A DNA stretch of 61,605 nucleotides, the filler included. It is 5 parts of 5 records of this genome, joined end to end, with 100 filler letters (N's around TTAATTAATTAA, not from the genome) between each part and the next. Parts side by side here need not be neighbours in the genome. Positions count along the whole stretch, not along the records: positions 15,412 to 33,260 come from DRR723986_19033; 4 more parts are not named here. The stretch is one strand, 5' to 3'. Under the pieces are notes generated by a model that was given only the letters and a program-made list of their open reading frames with translations, had not been told where the DNA came from and made no database searches. Of the stretch, positions 18,922 through 28,867 are shown one piece after another (within the stretch, counting starts at the first letter, position 1; each line of letters opens with the position of its first letter). The position numbers and the translations under genes were made by a program.

Positions 18922-20526
18922 TTATTTTGATCTTTGTTCTGCAAGTTCGACAGCTGCGTATACATCTACAATTCCTCCCGTTATACATAGGTCATCAAAG
19001 GAAACAAATACTTCAGGATCACCAGGAAGCGGCGCTGTGTATTTATCCATGTTTTGAGTAGTGCTTATGATGATGTCTCTAATTTCAAGCATACTTAAAT
19101 TTGGGTAATAAGATTTTAATAGTGCCGCAACGCCTGATACCATTGGAGCAGCCATTGAAGTACCGTCATAAACATCATAATCGCTCTGCGGAACAGTTGA
19201 ATAAATTTCTAATCCTGGAGCGAAAACATCAACCATTTCATCTCCGTAATTAGAAAAATCAGCCACCAAACCATCATGCCAAAAATAGCCTTTTTTGTAT
19301 TTGACTTTCTTGTATCTGGTTGATGCTCCAACCTCTATCCAATTAGTGAAGCGTTCGCTCATATTTGGGTATTGAGGTCCCGGATAATTAGCAACCTCAT
19401 CTACATCTAAAGCCTCGTTACCAGCAGCATGAACCAATAACACTCCTTTTTCTTCAGCATATCTAAAAGCCGCGATTACCTCTTCCTTATTTGGAGAGTA
19501 TGATTTTCCAAAACTCATATTGATAATTTGAGCACCATTATCTACAGCATATCTCACGGCCAAAGCTACGTCCTTATCTCTTTCATCCCCATTCGGAACA
19601 GTTCTGATTGACATGATCTGAACATCATTACAAACGCCATCATTTCCTATATCATTTCCTCTAATAGCTCCTATGATTCCAGCGCAGTGAGTACCATGAC
19701 CGGCATCTGGTCCTTCAACATCATTATTACCATAGCCAAGATCTGAAAAATCTTCTGGATTATCACCTACTAATTCTCTAGGATAGATTTCCGTATTGTA
19801 AGCAAAATTTAAATCATCCTCTAGGTACTTTTTGTAGCTACTGAATTCGTCATAACTCAATCCAAAAGCCGCCAGTTGAATCATCATTCCTGCTTGCAAT
19901 GTCATGTCCGAACCTTTAGCCAATTTTTTAAGGTCTTTGTATTCATAATCACGCCCTAAATGCTCTACTAATTGTTTGTGAGCTTTTTCCAGTATCTCAA
20001 AGGATTCGATCATGTCATTCAACTCTTTTTGCGAGTCTTTTCTAATCTCATCAACTTCTTTCTTAACTTGCTTGTATTCTTGGTAATCCTCCTTTTCTGC
20101 GTCTGTAAGTTGGTCTTCGGTTTTACCAGCAAATTGCTGTTCATATTTTTGGTATAGCCTAGTAACTTCTAATTGAACATCATTTAAATTTTCTCCGTTA
20201 GAATTCCCTAGAAAGTTCCAGCCATGAATATCATCAATGTATCCGTTGTTATCATCATCAATCCCATTATCGGGAATTTCATCCGTATTTACCCAAATTT
20301 TACCTTGTAAATCTTCATGTTCAATGTCAATTCCAGAGTCAATAACAGCAACCACGACCGTTGAAGATTTTTTATCTTTCAACAACTTTTTATAAGCCAA
20401 ATCGGTATGCAAACCGAATTTCTTGCCATTGTACCAATTAACAATTTTTTTATCGACCGTCTGTCCTAAACACAGATTTACAATAACTAGAAAAAGAAGG
20501 GTTATGTTTAGTTGTTTAATTTTCAT
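18922..20526 (-). CDS. S8 (subtilisin-like) serine peptidase
   Basis: Catalytic triad motifs VIDSG, HGTHCAG and GTSMAAP; signal peptide. Confidence 0.93.
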   Translation of the reverse strand: MKIKQLNITLLFLVIVNLCLGQTVDKKIVNWYNGKKFGLHTDLAYKKLLKDKKSSTVVVAVIDSGIDIEHEDLQGKIWVNTDEIPDNGIDDDNNGYIDDIHGWNFLGNSNGENLNDVQLEVTRLYQKYEQQFAGKTEDQLTDAEKEDYQEYKQVKKEVDEIRKDSQKELNDMIESFEILEKAHKQLVEHLGRDYEYKDLKKLAKGSDMTLQAGMMIQLAAFGLSYDEFSSYKKYLEDDLNFAYNTEIYPRELVGDNPEDFSDLGYGNNDVEGPDAGHGTHCAGIIGAIRGNDIGNDGVCNDVQIMSIRTVPNGDERDKDVALAVRYAVDNGAQIINMSFGKSYSPNKEEVIAAFRYAEEKGVLLVHAAGNEALDVDEVANYPGPQYPNMSERFTNWIEVGASTRYKKVKYKKGYFWHDGLVADFSNYGDEMVDVFAPGLEIYSTVPQSDYDVYDGTSMAAPMVSGVAALLKSYYPNLSMLEIRDIIISTTQNMDKYTAPLPGDPEVFVSFDDLCITGGIVDVYAAVELAEQRSK

Positions 20527-20586
20527 ATTTCAAATTTATCGGCCAATTTATGGGGTCGCGAAAATAATTAAATTACTGGATTACAT

Positions 20587-21450
20587 TTACTTGAGTTGGA
20601 TTTTATATAGGTTTCCACCTCCAAGGCCTCTGCGATACTCATCTGTGAGAAACCACTTATTTTTGCCTGCATAACAAATGGCTTCTCTTTGTTTAATTGT
20701 GGGCAGATTATAAGAACGGTATTTACCTTTCCAAAATTTATTTCCTTTAAATCCGCTAAAGACATGAAGTTTTGAGTAGGTAAGCACTGTTAATTCATTT
20801 CGTTCAATATCATAATCCGCAGCCGTAACTGAACACCATTGCCAATTTGTTTTACAAAATTGAAGAGATCCTATTTTTTGAGCTTTGTGTTTTCCAGTTT
20901 TAGCGGGTATTACGTAGATATTTGATATACCAGAAAAAGGTTTTGATCTGCATTTTGTCAATATAAATAGGCTGTCGTTTTTCCAAAAAAAAGCTTCTGC
21001 ATCATAATTTAAATTTTCTTTATTCGGTGGGAATTTTTTTTGATCCTCATAGGTGAAAGTGATTTTATCAGCGTTCACACGCTCATTTTTATCATGAATG
21101 AATCCAGCTCTCAAAATGTAAATCACATTTTTTTCGCGCTTGTTCAGATTGTTTCCGAAGTCTCCAATATATAATCTTCCAAATCTATCTTGAGCTAAAT
21201 CTTCCCAATCAATGTTTTTAGCTTCATCAACATCAATGGTTTTCAGTAACTCTCCTTTAAAATTGAGAATATAGACCTCACTTTTATTCCCGCCATCATT
21301 ATGTGTGACCAAGTATTTGTTGTCGAATATGGCTAAACCAGAGGTCTCATAGAGTTTTTCGGGTAAGTTTGCAATTTTTGAAACTTTAATTTCGTTTGCT
21401 TTTGTTTGTAAAAATGCACAGGTCAATATGAAAAAGAAAAGTTGTCTCAT
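20587..21450 (-). CDS. Exported hypothetical protein (probable beta-propeller)
   Basis: Signal peptide; ETSGL, HNDGG, DWEDLA, GDFGNN and DAEA motifs. Confidence 0.7.
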   Translation of the reverse strand: MRQLFFFILTCAFLQTKANEIKVSKIANLPEKLYETSGLAIFDNKYLVTHNDGGNKSEVYILNFKGELLKTIDVDEAKNIDWEDLAQDRFGRLYIGDFGNNLNKREKNVIYILRAGFIHDKNERVNADKITFTYEDQKKFPPNKENLNYDAEAFFWKNDSLFILTKCRSKPFSGISNIYVIPAKTGKHKAQKIGSLQFCKTNWQWCSVTAADYDIERNELTVLTYSKLHVFSGFKGNKFWKGKYRSYNLPTIKQREAICYAGKNKWFLTDEYRRGLGGGNLYKIQLK

Positions 21451-21539
21451 GTGTACTACAAAGTTCCAAAATTATACCAAACCATTTTATCCGTTTAAAT
21501 AAAAATAGATTTACATATCTTTAAAAGAAATTAGTAGAA

Positions 21540-22799
21540 ATGATGAACCCTAGTAGTGACGGATGGATAAAGAAGTTTTTTTCTTTATTGACTGATCATG
21601 AATCTGCCTTAAATAAATTTCCTGGCAGTATGTCTGCTGAGGAGCTTATTTATGGCTATTTGCAGCCAACGGGAATCATGTATGGGTTCCCAACTAGTTT
21701 TTTATTCATGTCAGAAGAGGTTGTGTCTGATTGGTCAGGTGAAGAGAAGTTCAAAGTATTGTTATTGGAAGGATTGATTTTAGTTGATCATATCAATGAC
21801 GGTAGATTTGATTTGGATGCCCTAGAAGATGCTCTAGAACGTTTTGTTGACTTTTATGAGCACACAGAAATAGAGCATGCAAAGAAAAATTGGCTCAATT
21901 TTAAAGGTTTGACGGTATATCAAAAGTTAGAGAGTATCATTGATCAAAGAATCGATATCAAAATGAGCTTCACAACTAAATTGTGGACAAGCTATTTGCA
22001 TAACAGTTTAGTTTTTCAAGATTTAATATTGTATTATGAATACCGTTGCATCAATGACCCTAAAGTTATTGCTGCTAAGCGCTCACGCTTAATGACCGAT
22101 ATGATGAAGCTCGTTTCGGTTGCTGCACATGCTGATGGTGAAATAGCGGAAGAGGAAGAAGCCATTTTTGATGTATTTATGGCATCTGCTAAATTAACAG
22201 GTAAAGATCGTGATGAAGCGAAAGATTTTTGGGAAAGAAATCATGGATTACAGGCTATTAATTTTGATTATGAAATGTCCTGGCTACTTAAAAGGTATTT
22301 ATTAGAAATTGCCACATTAACTGTTTGGAGTGATAAAGTGGTAACAGAATCTGAAGACGACTTTTTGGATGAGCTCGCCCAGCTACTTGGTCTTGAAGAG
22401 GAAGAAAAGGATAAATCATTTATTGCAATTCAGAGTTTTGTCATGCAAAACGCAACAGAAGTTCCGTTCTTAAGTGGTAAAGGTGAAACAGAACAGTTAT
22501 TGGACGGTGCAGCAGATAAATGGAAAAAAATTCTAGGACGGAATAAGGATAAATTAGGGACGGAGTTGCGTCAAAGTAAGGAGCTTGTGGGCTTAATTAG
22601 AAAATCTGCAACTGAAGATTTAACGCCAGAAGAAAAAAAGCGGGTGAAAGCACAGTTTAAAGACTTAGGTAAGTCAATACCGGCATTTACACTTTTCATG
22701 TTACCTGGAGGATCGCTAGTAATGCCTATTGTTTTAAAGTTGATACCTGATTTGGTGCCTTCGGCATTTAGATCAAATCAAATTGACGAGGAGGAATAA
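21540..22799 (+). CDS. Protein with a TerB-like middle region and a LETM1-like C-terminal domain
   Basis: MNPS..GWI start; AAHADG..EEE and WSDK...E; C-terminal IPAFTLFMLPGG...LVPSAF. Confidence 0.7.
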   Translation: MMNPSSDGWIKKFFSLLTDHESALNKFPGSMSAEELIYGYLQPTGIMYGFPTSFLFMSEEVVSDWSGEEKFKVLLLEGLILVDHINDGRFDLDALEDALERFVDFYEHTEIEHAKKNWLNFKGLTVYQKLESIIDQRIDIKMSFTTKLWTSYLHNSLVFQDLILYYEYRCINDPKVIAAKRSRLMTDMMKLVSVAAHADGEIAEEEEAIFDVFMASAKLTGKDRDEAKDFWERNHGLQAINFDYEMSWLLKRYLLEIATLTVWSDKVVTESEDDFLDELAQLLGLEEEEKDKSFIAIQSFVMQNATEVPFLSGKGETEQLLDGAADKWKKILGRNKDKLGTELRQSKELVGLIRKSATEDLTPEEKKRVKAQFKDLGKSIPAFTLFMLPGGSLVMPIVLKLIPDLVPSAFRSNQIDEEE

Positions 22800-22800
22800 T

Positions 22801-23502
22801 TTACTTTTCTTGATAGTATTTCACAATAGAAAGTACGTGAATAAATACGGCTAGTGGCATTAAGTAACCTGCCACGAGAATGTAGGGGTATTTCGTAAAT
22901 TCGAGAGGGGCAGGGGTAGTTTCATGGCCATATAGCTCGGGCAAATAAATCGAGGACATGAATACAAAAATGACAGAGGCTAAAACAATTAAGCCTAAAT
23001 AGTTCCACAGGAGTACCAATTTATCACTTAAACGTTTTGCTAAGTAGGTGAGGCCAACTACAACTGCTGTGATACCGAAAATCATGTCGTAATTGTAACC
23101 TTCTATAGTAACTTCGGCATGCAATATGCCTTCAGACACAGACATCATGAATAAAATTTCAACGAATATTCTGAAGCCTTGAATTAAAATGAGCCATTTC
23201 ATTGGAATGGCTTGAATCCATTTCTTTTTTCGTTGACTAATAAGAAAACTGAAAGTGAAAATGAACAATGGTAGAATGAGAAATAAAGCGAATTTGGGCG
23301 GAAATTCAAAAGAGCTCAAAATTCCTGATTTGGCCATTAGTAAGGAATAAACATGCCAGAGAATAAAGATGATTATAATGGTAAAAACATTCTTTTTCTT
23401 GGTTGCTAAAGGAATGTCTAAAGAATTTATAGCTCGAAAAACAAGCCTAAAAAATAGAATTGAGACTAATATAGAAAGGATGATATAAAGGGAAGCTAAC
23501 AT
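22801..23502 (-). CDS. Hypothetical multi-pass membrane protein
   Basis: Several hydrophobic segments; QGFRIFVE and NYDM motifs; directly downstream of MarR. Confidence 0.75.
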   Translation of the reverse strand: MLASLYIILSILVSILFFRLVFRAINSLDIPLATKKKNVFTIIIIFILWHVYSLLMAKSGILSSFEFPPKFALFLILPLFIFTFSFLISQRKKKWIQAIPMKWLILIQGFRIFVEILFMMSVSEGILHAEVTIEGYNYDMIFGITAVVVGLTYLAKRLSDKLVLLWNYLGLIVLASVIFVFMSSIYLPELYGHETTPAPLEFTKYPYILVAGYLMPLAVFIHVLSIVKYYQEK

Positions 23503-23506
23503 TCAG

Positions 23507-23923
23507 TTAAGTTGTTATTGATGTATAAACGGTACTCAATGAGTGTTCGCCTTGTTCACCAATTTTCTCTCTTATTTCGTTCATTGCTTTTTCCCAAATG
23601 GGTATGATGTTTTCTACAAAGTAAAGGCCGTCAGTAGTGATTTCTATTTGATGCGGACCGGTTTTGTGGATTAATTTTCTGTCGATTAATCTAGTTAAGT
23701 TTCGGCTTAAACTTGATTTTTCAAGGAATACCATTTCGCTCATTTGTTTTTGAGTCATGCTGCGTTTTTTAGACATGACGAACATCAATGTTAACTGACT
23801 ATCTGTAATGTGGTAGGGGGCCAAGTGTTTTCTAAAAATGTTTGCTGTAATCCTTTTAATTCGCATCACCTTACCTGCAATGCAGCTTGATGGGTCAAAT
23901 TTCTCAATATTATTAAATTCCAT
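23507..23923 (-). CDS. MarR-family transcriptional regulator
   Basis: ITDSQL, LEKSSLSRNL..L winged HTH; likely ATG at 23923. Confidence 0.85.
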   Translation of the reverse strand: MEFNNIEKFDPSSCIAGKVMRIKRITANIFRKHLAPYHITDSQLTLMFVMSKKRSMTQKQMSEMVFLEKSSLSRNLTRLIDRKLIHKTGPHQIEITTDGLYFVENIIPIWEKAMNEIREKIGEQGEHSLSTVYTSITT

Positions 23924-23944
23924 AGTGTAAACATACAATTTAAT

Positions 23945-23958
23945 GTTGTATATACAAC
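23945..23958. promoter_or_regulatory. Putative MarR operator
   Basis: Perfect 14-bp palindrome GTTGTATATACAAC about 21 nt upstream of the MarR start. Confidence 0.6.
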
Positions 23959-24011
23959 TATTACTGATGTGGAAATTCAACGAAAGAGTTCATTACCTCA
24001 ATAAAAATTGA

Positions 24012-24470
24012 TTATACGCCGAATTGTGTTAGGTGATGATCGATATGTTTATAAAACATATTGTTCCATTCCAGCATAGTTAGTTTTCCAAAAGAATTAG
24101 ATTCCATGCCATCAAAATGTAATCCTCCAAGACTTTGTACTTTGTGCAAGTATTCAATTAATTTCGTGCGTTCGTCTGTAAAAACACGTTCGTCTACGAT
24201 TAAGAATTGTGGAGCGGTACGGCTGTTTCGTTTGTAAGGTTTTTCACTTACTACAGTGTTTTTCACCAATGAGGTCAGCAAGAATTTTTTAAAGGCTTTG
24301 GCTTTAACATAATGATCCGTAAATACCATATCATAAGTTACATTGCAATGAGCAAGCATTTGTGCAACATTCATTTTTCCCCATTGTGGTTGTGATTCAG
24401 GAGTTAACTTGTTAATTCGTTCAACAACTTCATCCGTTACTTCTTTATCAAAAATGTTTTTTATAGCCAT
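24012..24470 (-). CDS. DUF1569 / DinB-superfamily protein
   Basis: WGKMNVAQMLAHC and KHIDHHLTQFG motifs. Confidence 0.85.
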   Translation of the reverse strand: MAIKNIFDKEVTDEVVERINKLTPESQPQWGKMNVAQMLAHCNVTYDMVFTDHYVKAKAFKKFLLTSLVKNTVVSEKPYKRNSRTAPQFLIVDERVFTDERTKLIEYLHKVQSLGGLHFDGMESNSFGKLTMLEWNNMFYKHIDHHLTQFGV

Positions 24471-24500
24471 AATAAATAGAGTTTTTACAAACCTAATGAA

Positions 24501-24908
24501 TTATGCCAAATCATAGCTGAATAATTCAGATTGGGCAGATACCGATTTAAAGCCAATTTCAGTAAGGTAGCTTTGATATTTAGGATGACTAGCTATTGCA
24601 TAGACTGAAGTGAACCCAAGTTTTTTAAAATCATCTATTTTACTTCCATAGAAAAAAAGTCCAACACCTTGATCCCTGTGTTCTTCGACTATATAATCTA
24701 CATCTACATGCATTTGATCACCTTTTTCTTGGTAGATAAAAACACCTATGATTTGTTCACCAGATCGGAGGACAATAAAATTACTCAGTTCAGCGGTTTC
24801 CAATTCAAAATCTGGATGATAAATGAGAATGTCATCTTCGTTATCTGCAATAAATTGACGCAATTCGGGATTAGTAAGTGTATCGGGATTGATTGAAATT
24901 TTGGACAT
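24501..24908 (-). CDS. Hypothetical protein, GNAT-like
   Basis: DYIVEEHRDQGVG...YLTEIGF resembles an acetyl-CoA-binding motif. Confidence 0.55.
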   Translation of the reverse strand: MSKISINPDTLTNPELRQFIADNEDDILIYHPDFELETAELSNFIVLRSGEQIIGVFIYQEKGDQMHVDVDYIVEEHRDQGVGLFFYGSKIDDFKKLGFTSVYAIASHPKYQSYLTEIGFKSVSAQSELFSYDLA

Positions 24909-24930
24909 GATTCAATATAAGGAAATTAGC

Positions 24931-27051
24931 TTAGATTCTAACCGACATGAAGCAAATATCATCTATTTGTTCAGTATCACCTTTCCAATCTTCAAATGCT
25001 GTAAGTAACCTTTTTTTGGTGATTTCTAGATCCATGTTTTTCGATTGCAGTAATATTTCCTTTACATTTTTTTGCTTAAACTTTCTTCCTTTGTCACCTC
25101 CAAATTGATCCGCGTAACCATCTGAAAATAAAAAGAATGTATCTCCTTTTTCAAGTTGTAGGGTATGGTTTGTGAAAGGGGTCATTTTCCAGTAATGACC
25201 AATTGGTTCTTTGTTGGCCTTGATTTCAATAAATCCATTTGAATCAGTTAGTCCTTCGTTATTAGCCAAGCAATTATTCATAGTTTTTGGAATCATCCAG
25301 AATGGATTGTTTGCCCCAGCCCAAGTAATTTGGTGACTTTTTAAATTCAACATAACTAAGGATATATCCATGCCATCTTTGTTTTCTCCAATACCACCAG
25401 TTTGAGATAGTTCAGAAACAATACGATCTCTTAATTCATCTAAAATTTCGCCAGGTTTTGGTGTACCACTTGCGCTAATAATTTCATTTAGAAATGACGA
25501 ACCAAGCATGGTCAAAAATCCACCCGGAACACCATGTCCAGTGCAGTCTGCTACTGCCAGGTATAAATAATCTTCTTTTTCATGTACCCAATAAAAGTCA
25601 CCACTAACAATATCTTTCGGGATAAACAAGACACTGTTTTCAGGTAAGTGGGAAGAAACATGGCTGTCCGATTTTAATAGTGCATCTTGAATCCTTTTGG
25701 CGTAATGTATGCTGTCAATTATTTCGGTTTGCTTTTGCTCTAAAATGAATTTTTGCTGCTCAATAATTTTGTTTTGACGCTTAGTGACTTTGTTCCTGTT
25801 TAAAATAACAATACAAAGTAAGGCCAGTAAAATTCCGCCAATTAAAGAAGCCCAGATGATTAAGTTTTGTCGTTTAAGTTTTGCGGTGTTTTGATCAATT
25901 AGCGATTGATTTTCAGCGATCTCTTTTTCCTTTTTTATCGTTTCATATTTAATTTGGGCATCATGCATTACCTGTTCACTTTGAGCAGATACCAAAGAGT
26001 CTTTGTAGTCGGCAAACAATTTTAAATTCTCAACAGCATTTTTATAGTCTTTTGCCGCTAAATACACTTCATATAAATTTAAATAAGCATCACCGATTTC
26101 TTCTTTTAAACCGGCTTCTTTTGCTAGATGTAAAGCTGAGTCAGAATAGATTACCGCCAGATCAATGTTATTTTGATAGCCGTATAGAATGCCAATGTTA
26201 TTATAGCTCTGGGATATAGCGCTTAAGTCACCAGCTTGTTTCCTTATTTCTAGCGATTTTTTGAAATAGTTCATGCAACTATCTTCTAATCCTTGGTAGT
26301 AATAGATGATGCCTATGTTATTATAGCCATGTGCTAATCCACTTTCGTAATTAATATCCATGTAAATATCCATGGCCATTTGAAAATAGACCACTGCTGT
26401 GTCATACATTTCTTGGACTTGAAAGAGGTTTCCGTAATTATTGTAAATATTTCCTAATTGAACGGAATCATTACTTCCCTTATGATATTCAAGACTTTTA
26501 TCGAAATTCTCAAGCGCGTTTTTATATTGATCACGTTCAATATCAACCAAGCCGAGATTTGAATGTGCCGCTGACATACTCTCTTTATCTCCCAAGTCCT
26601 CATAAATTCCCAAACTCTGATAATAGTACAAATAGGCTTGGTCATAATCACCCGTATGACTGTAAACATTAGCAATTTGAACAGCACTTTCTGCAACCAT
26701 TTCAATGTCACAGTGACGTTCTCTTAAAGTCAAGGATTTATTGTAAAAAGCTAATGCTTCTGAATATTGACCCTTTAAATAAAAATAGTTGCCTTTGTAG
26801 AAATAACCCATGGCTTCATCACAGGGTTGATCAAGCTTGTTAGCAAGATTTATTAATTCGTGAGCCGTTCCGTACAACGAGTCTGTGCTGTATTCAGAAT
26901 AATAAGACCCCAGTTCAATTAACAATTCTGCACGAAGATGATCGTTGGAAGTTTTATCGATTTTTTGACGCAAGGATAATTCCAATTCTGAATCTTGTGC
27001 AATTGTCCAAAATGAAAAACAGATGAGAAAGTGGGTTAATAGTGTTTTCAC
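24931..27051 (-). CDS. TPR-repeat sensor with transmembrane helix and SpoIIE/PP2C phosphatase domain
   Basis: Repeated YNNIG/SNLG TPRs, TM segment, VSGDFY, ADCTGHGVPG, SDGYADQFGG and DDI. Confidence 0.9.
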   Translation of the reverse strand: MKTLLTHFLICFSFWTIAQDSELELSLRQKIDKTSNDHLRAELLIELGSYYSEYSTDSLYGTAHELINLANKLDQPCDEAMGYFYKGNYFYLKGQYSEALAFYNKSLTLRERHCDIEMVAESAVQIANVYSHTGDYDQAYLYYYQSLGIYEDLGDKESMSAAHSNLGLVDIERDQYKNALENFDKSLEYHKGSNDSVQLGNIYNNYGNLFQVQEMYDTAVVYFQMAMDIYMDINYESGLAHGYNNIGIIYYYQGLEDSCMNYFKKSLEIRKQAGDLSAISQSYNNIGILYGYQNNIDLAVIYSDSALHLAKEAGLKEEIGDAYLNLYEVYLAAKDYKNAVENLKLFADYKDSLVSAQSEQVMHDAQIKYETIKKEKEIAENQSLIDQNTAKLKRQNLIIWASLIGGILLALLCIVILNRNKVTKRQNKIIEQQKFILEQKQTEIIDSIHYAKRIQDALLKSDSHVSSHLPENSVLFIPKDIVSGDFYWVHEKEDYLYLAVADCTGHGVPGGFLTMLGSSFLNEIISASGTPKPGEILDELRDRIVSELSQTGGIGENKDGMDISLVMLNLKSHQITWAGANNPFWMIPKTMNNCLANNEGLTDSNGFIEIKANKEPIGHYWKMTPFTNHTLQLEKGDTFFLFSDGYADQFGGDKGRKFKQKNVKEILLQSKNMDLEITKKRLLTAFEDWKGDTEQIDDICFMSVRI

Positions 27052-27169
27052 AATGTCAATTTAGTTAAAAAAATCAACATTTTTGACAATTGTGTTTAGC
27101 AACAAAGAGAAATTTAAAATCGATTTAGATTAACCTTTTACAAGGTGTTTAGAATCAATTAATTGATTT

Positions 27170-28390
27170 TTAATATAAAAAATTGTGATATGGATACCTG
27201 ATTTGAAATATGCTTTTTACCTCCTCATAAATTCGGGCTTTCAATTCATCAATGTTCATTTTTTCTTGAGCTGAAATAAATATGCACTGCTTATCTCCCA
27301 ATTTTGACATCCATGTGGCTTTTAACTCGTCTAATGCGAACTCTTTTCCTTCAGGATGAAAGCCAATGTCAGATGGCTTTGGATTATATGCATCAACTTT
27401 ATTGAAAACAACCAATGTTGGTTTGTCCGCCTGTCCGCTATCAATTTCTGCAATGGTTTCGTTCACCACTCTAAAGTGATCTTCAAAGTTAGGATGAGCA
27501 ATATCCAACACATGAATCAAAACGTCAGCTTCGCGAACTTCGTCTAATGTCGACTTAAATGATTCAATTAATTGATGCGGTAATTTTCTGATGAATCCAA
27601 CCGTATCTGATAATAAAAAAGGTAGGTTTTCAATAACCACTTTCCTTACAGTTGTATCTAAAGTTGCGAACAGCTTGTTCTCAGCAAACACTTCAGATTT
27701 TGCCAGCATATTCATAATCGTTGATTTACCAACGTTTGTATATCCTACCAAAGCAACTCTTACCAATTGACCCCGATTACCTCTTTGAACCGCCTTCTGC
27801 TTGTCGATTTTCTTTAGTTTGTCTTTGAGAAGGGATATTTTTTGTTGAATAATTCTTCTATCTGTTTCTAACTGAGTTTCACCCGCACCTTTCATTCCGA
27901 TACCACCTTTCTCTCTGTCAAGGTGCGTCCAAAGCTTAGTTAACCGTGGTAACAAATATTCGTATTGTGCCAATTGCACTTGAGTTTTAGCATCTGCAGT
28001 TCTAGCACGTGTGGCAAAAATATCTAAGATAAGTGTGTTACGATCTAAGATTTTTTTATTGATAATACGCTCAACGTTTCTTAATTGAGAAGGGGACAAT
28101 TCATCATCAAAAATTACTGCGTCAATGTTGTTTTGAAGACAATAAAGCCTAATCTCTTCCATTTTACCAGACCCCACGTAAGTTTTCGGATTTGGTGCTG
28201 AAACTTTTTGAGTAAATTTCTTTTTTGTGACTGCACCGGCAGTTTCTGCTAGAAATTCTAGTTCATCCAGAAATTCCTTTGCCATTTCCTCTGTTTGATC
28301 ATCTGTGATCACCCCAACCAGAACAACATCTTCTGGCTCCATCTCTGTATAAATATATCCGTCTCCCAAGTTTGTGATTTTTACATCCAA
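27170..28390 (-). CDS. hflX: Ribosome-associated GTPase HflX
   Basis: GYTNVGKS, LFATLD, DTVGF, NKVD and GETQLETDRR motifs. Confidence 0.95.
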   Translation of the reverse strand: MDVKITNLGDGYIYTEMEPEDVVLVGVITDDQTEEMAKEFLDELEFLAETAGAVTKKKFTQKVSAPNPKTYVGSGKMEEIRLYCLQNNIDAVIFDDELSPSQLRNVERIINKKILDRNTLILDIFATRARTADAKTQVQLAQYEYLLPRLTKLWTHLDREKGGIGMKGAGETQLETDRRIIQQKISLLKDKLKKIDKQKAVQRGNRGQLVRVALVGYTNVGKSTIMNMLAKSEVFAENKLFATLDTTVRKVVIENLPFLLSDTVGFIRKLPHQLIESFKSTLDEVREADVLIHVLDIAHPNFEDHFRVVNETIAEIDSGQADKPTLVVFNKVDAYNPKPSDIGFHPEGKEFALDELKATWMSKLGDKQCIFISAQEKMNIDELKARIYEEVKSIFQIRYPYHNFLY

Positions 28391-28833
28391 CTACCACCCA
28401 ATGCCGTTCTAAAAGGCCAAGGTATAGAAGCAAGAATTATTACAAGTGCGATTGTGTAAAAGACAAAAATCTTCTTAAATTTTTCTGGACCTTCTTCTAC
28501 TTTCTTAGATTTTGAATGACCAATTGTGATTAACACAAATGCAATGGTCATAGCAACGATATGCTCCATTCCGTAGAATCTTAACATAGCATTCTTCATA
28601 AATCCTTCAACGAATTGAACTTTAGGGCTTATAAAATAGAGGATGACCCCAAACGTCCATTGTAGGTGGAAAGCAATCATTGCGAACATTGCTAATTTTT
28701 TATCTGTTGCAGTGAAATCCTTCTTCTTTTTCCAGCCGCCATATGCTTTCACAATAGCCGCTAACAAAAGGATTAAGACTACCCATCTCCATCCTGAATG
28801 TGATCCAGTAAGTATCTTATATAAAGTTCCCAT
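28381..28833 (-). CDS. Conserved Bacteroidota four-helix membrane protein
   Basis: HSGWRW, HLQ..G, EH and IPW motifs; overlaps the hflX start. Confidence 0.7.
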   Translation of the reverse strand: MGTLYKILTGSHSGWRWVVLILLLAAIVKAYGGWKKKKDFTATDKKLAMFAMIAFHLQWTFGVILYFISPKVQFVEGFMKNAMLRFYGMEHIVAMTIAFVLITIGHSKSKKVEEGPEKFKKIFVFYTIALVIILASIPWPFRTALGGSWM

Positions 28834-28867
28834 AAATCCTTATTTTTGAACAAATTTAATCTTAATA

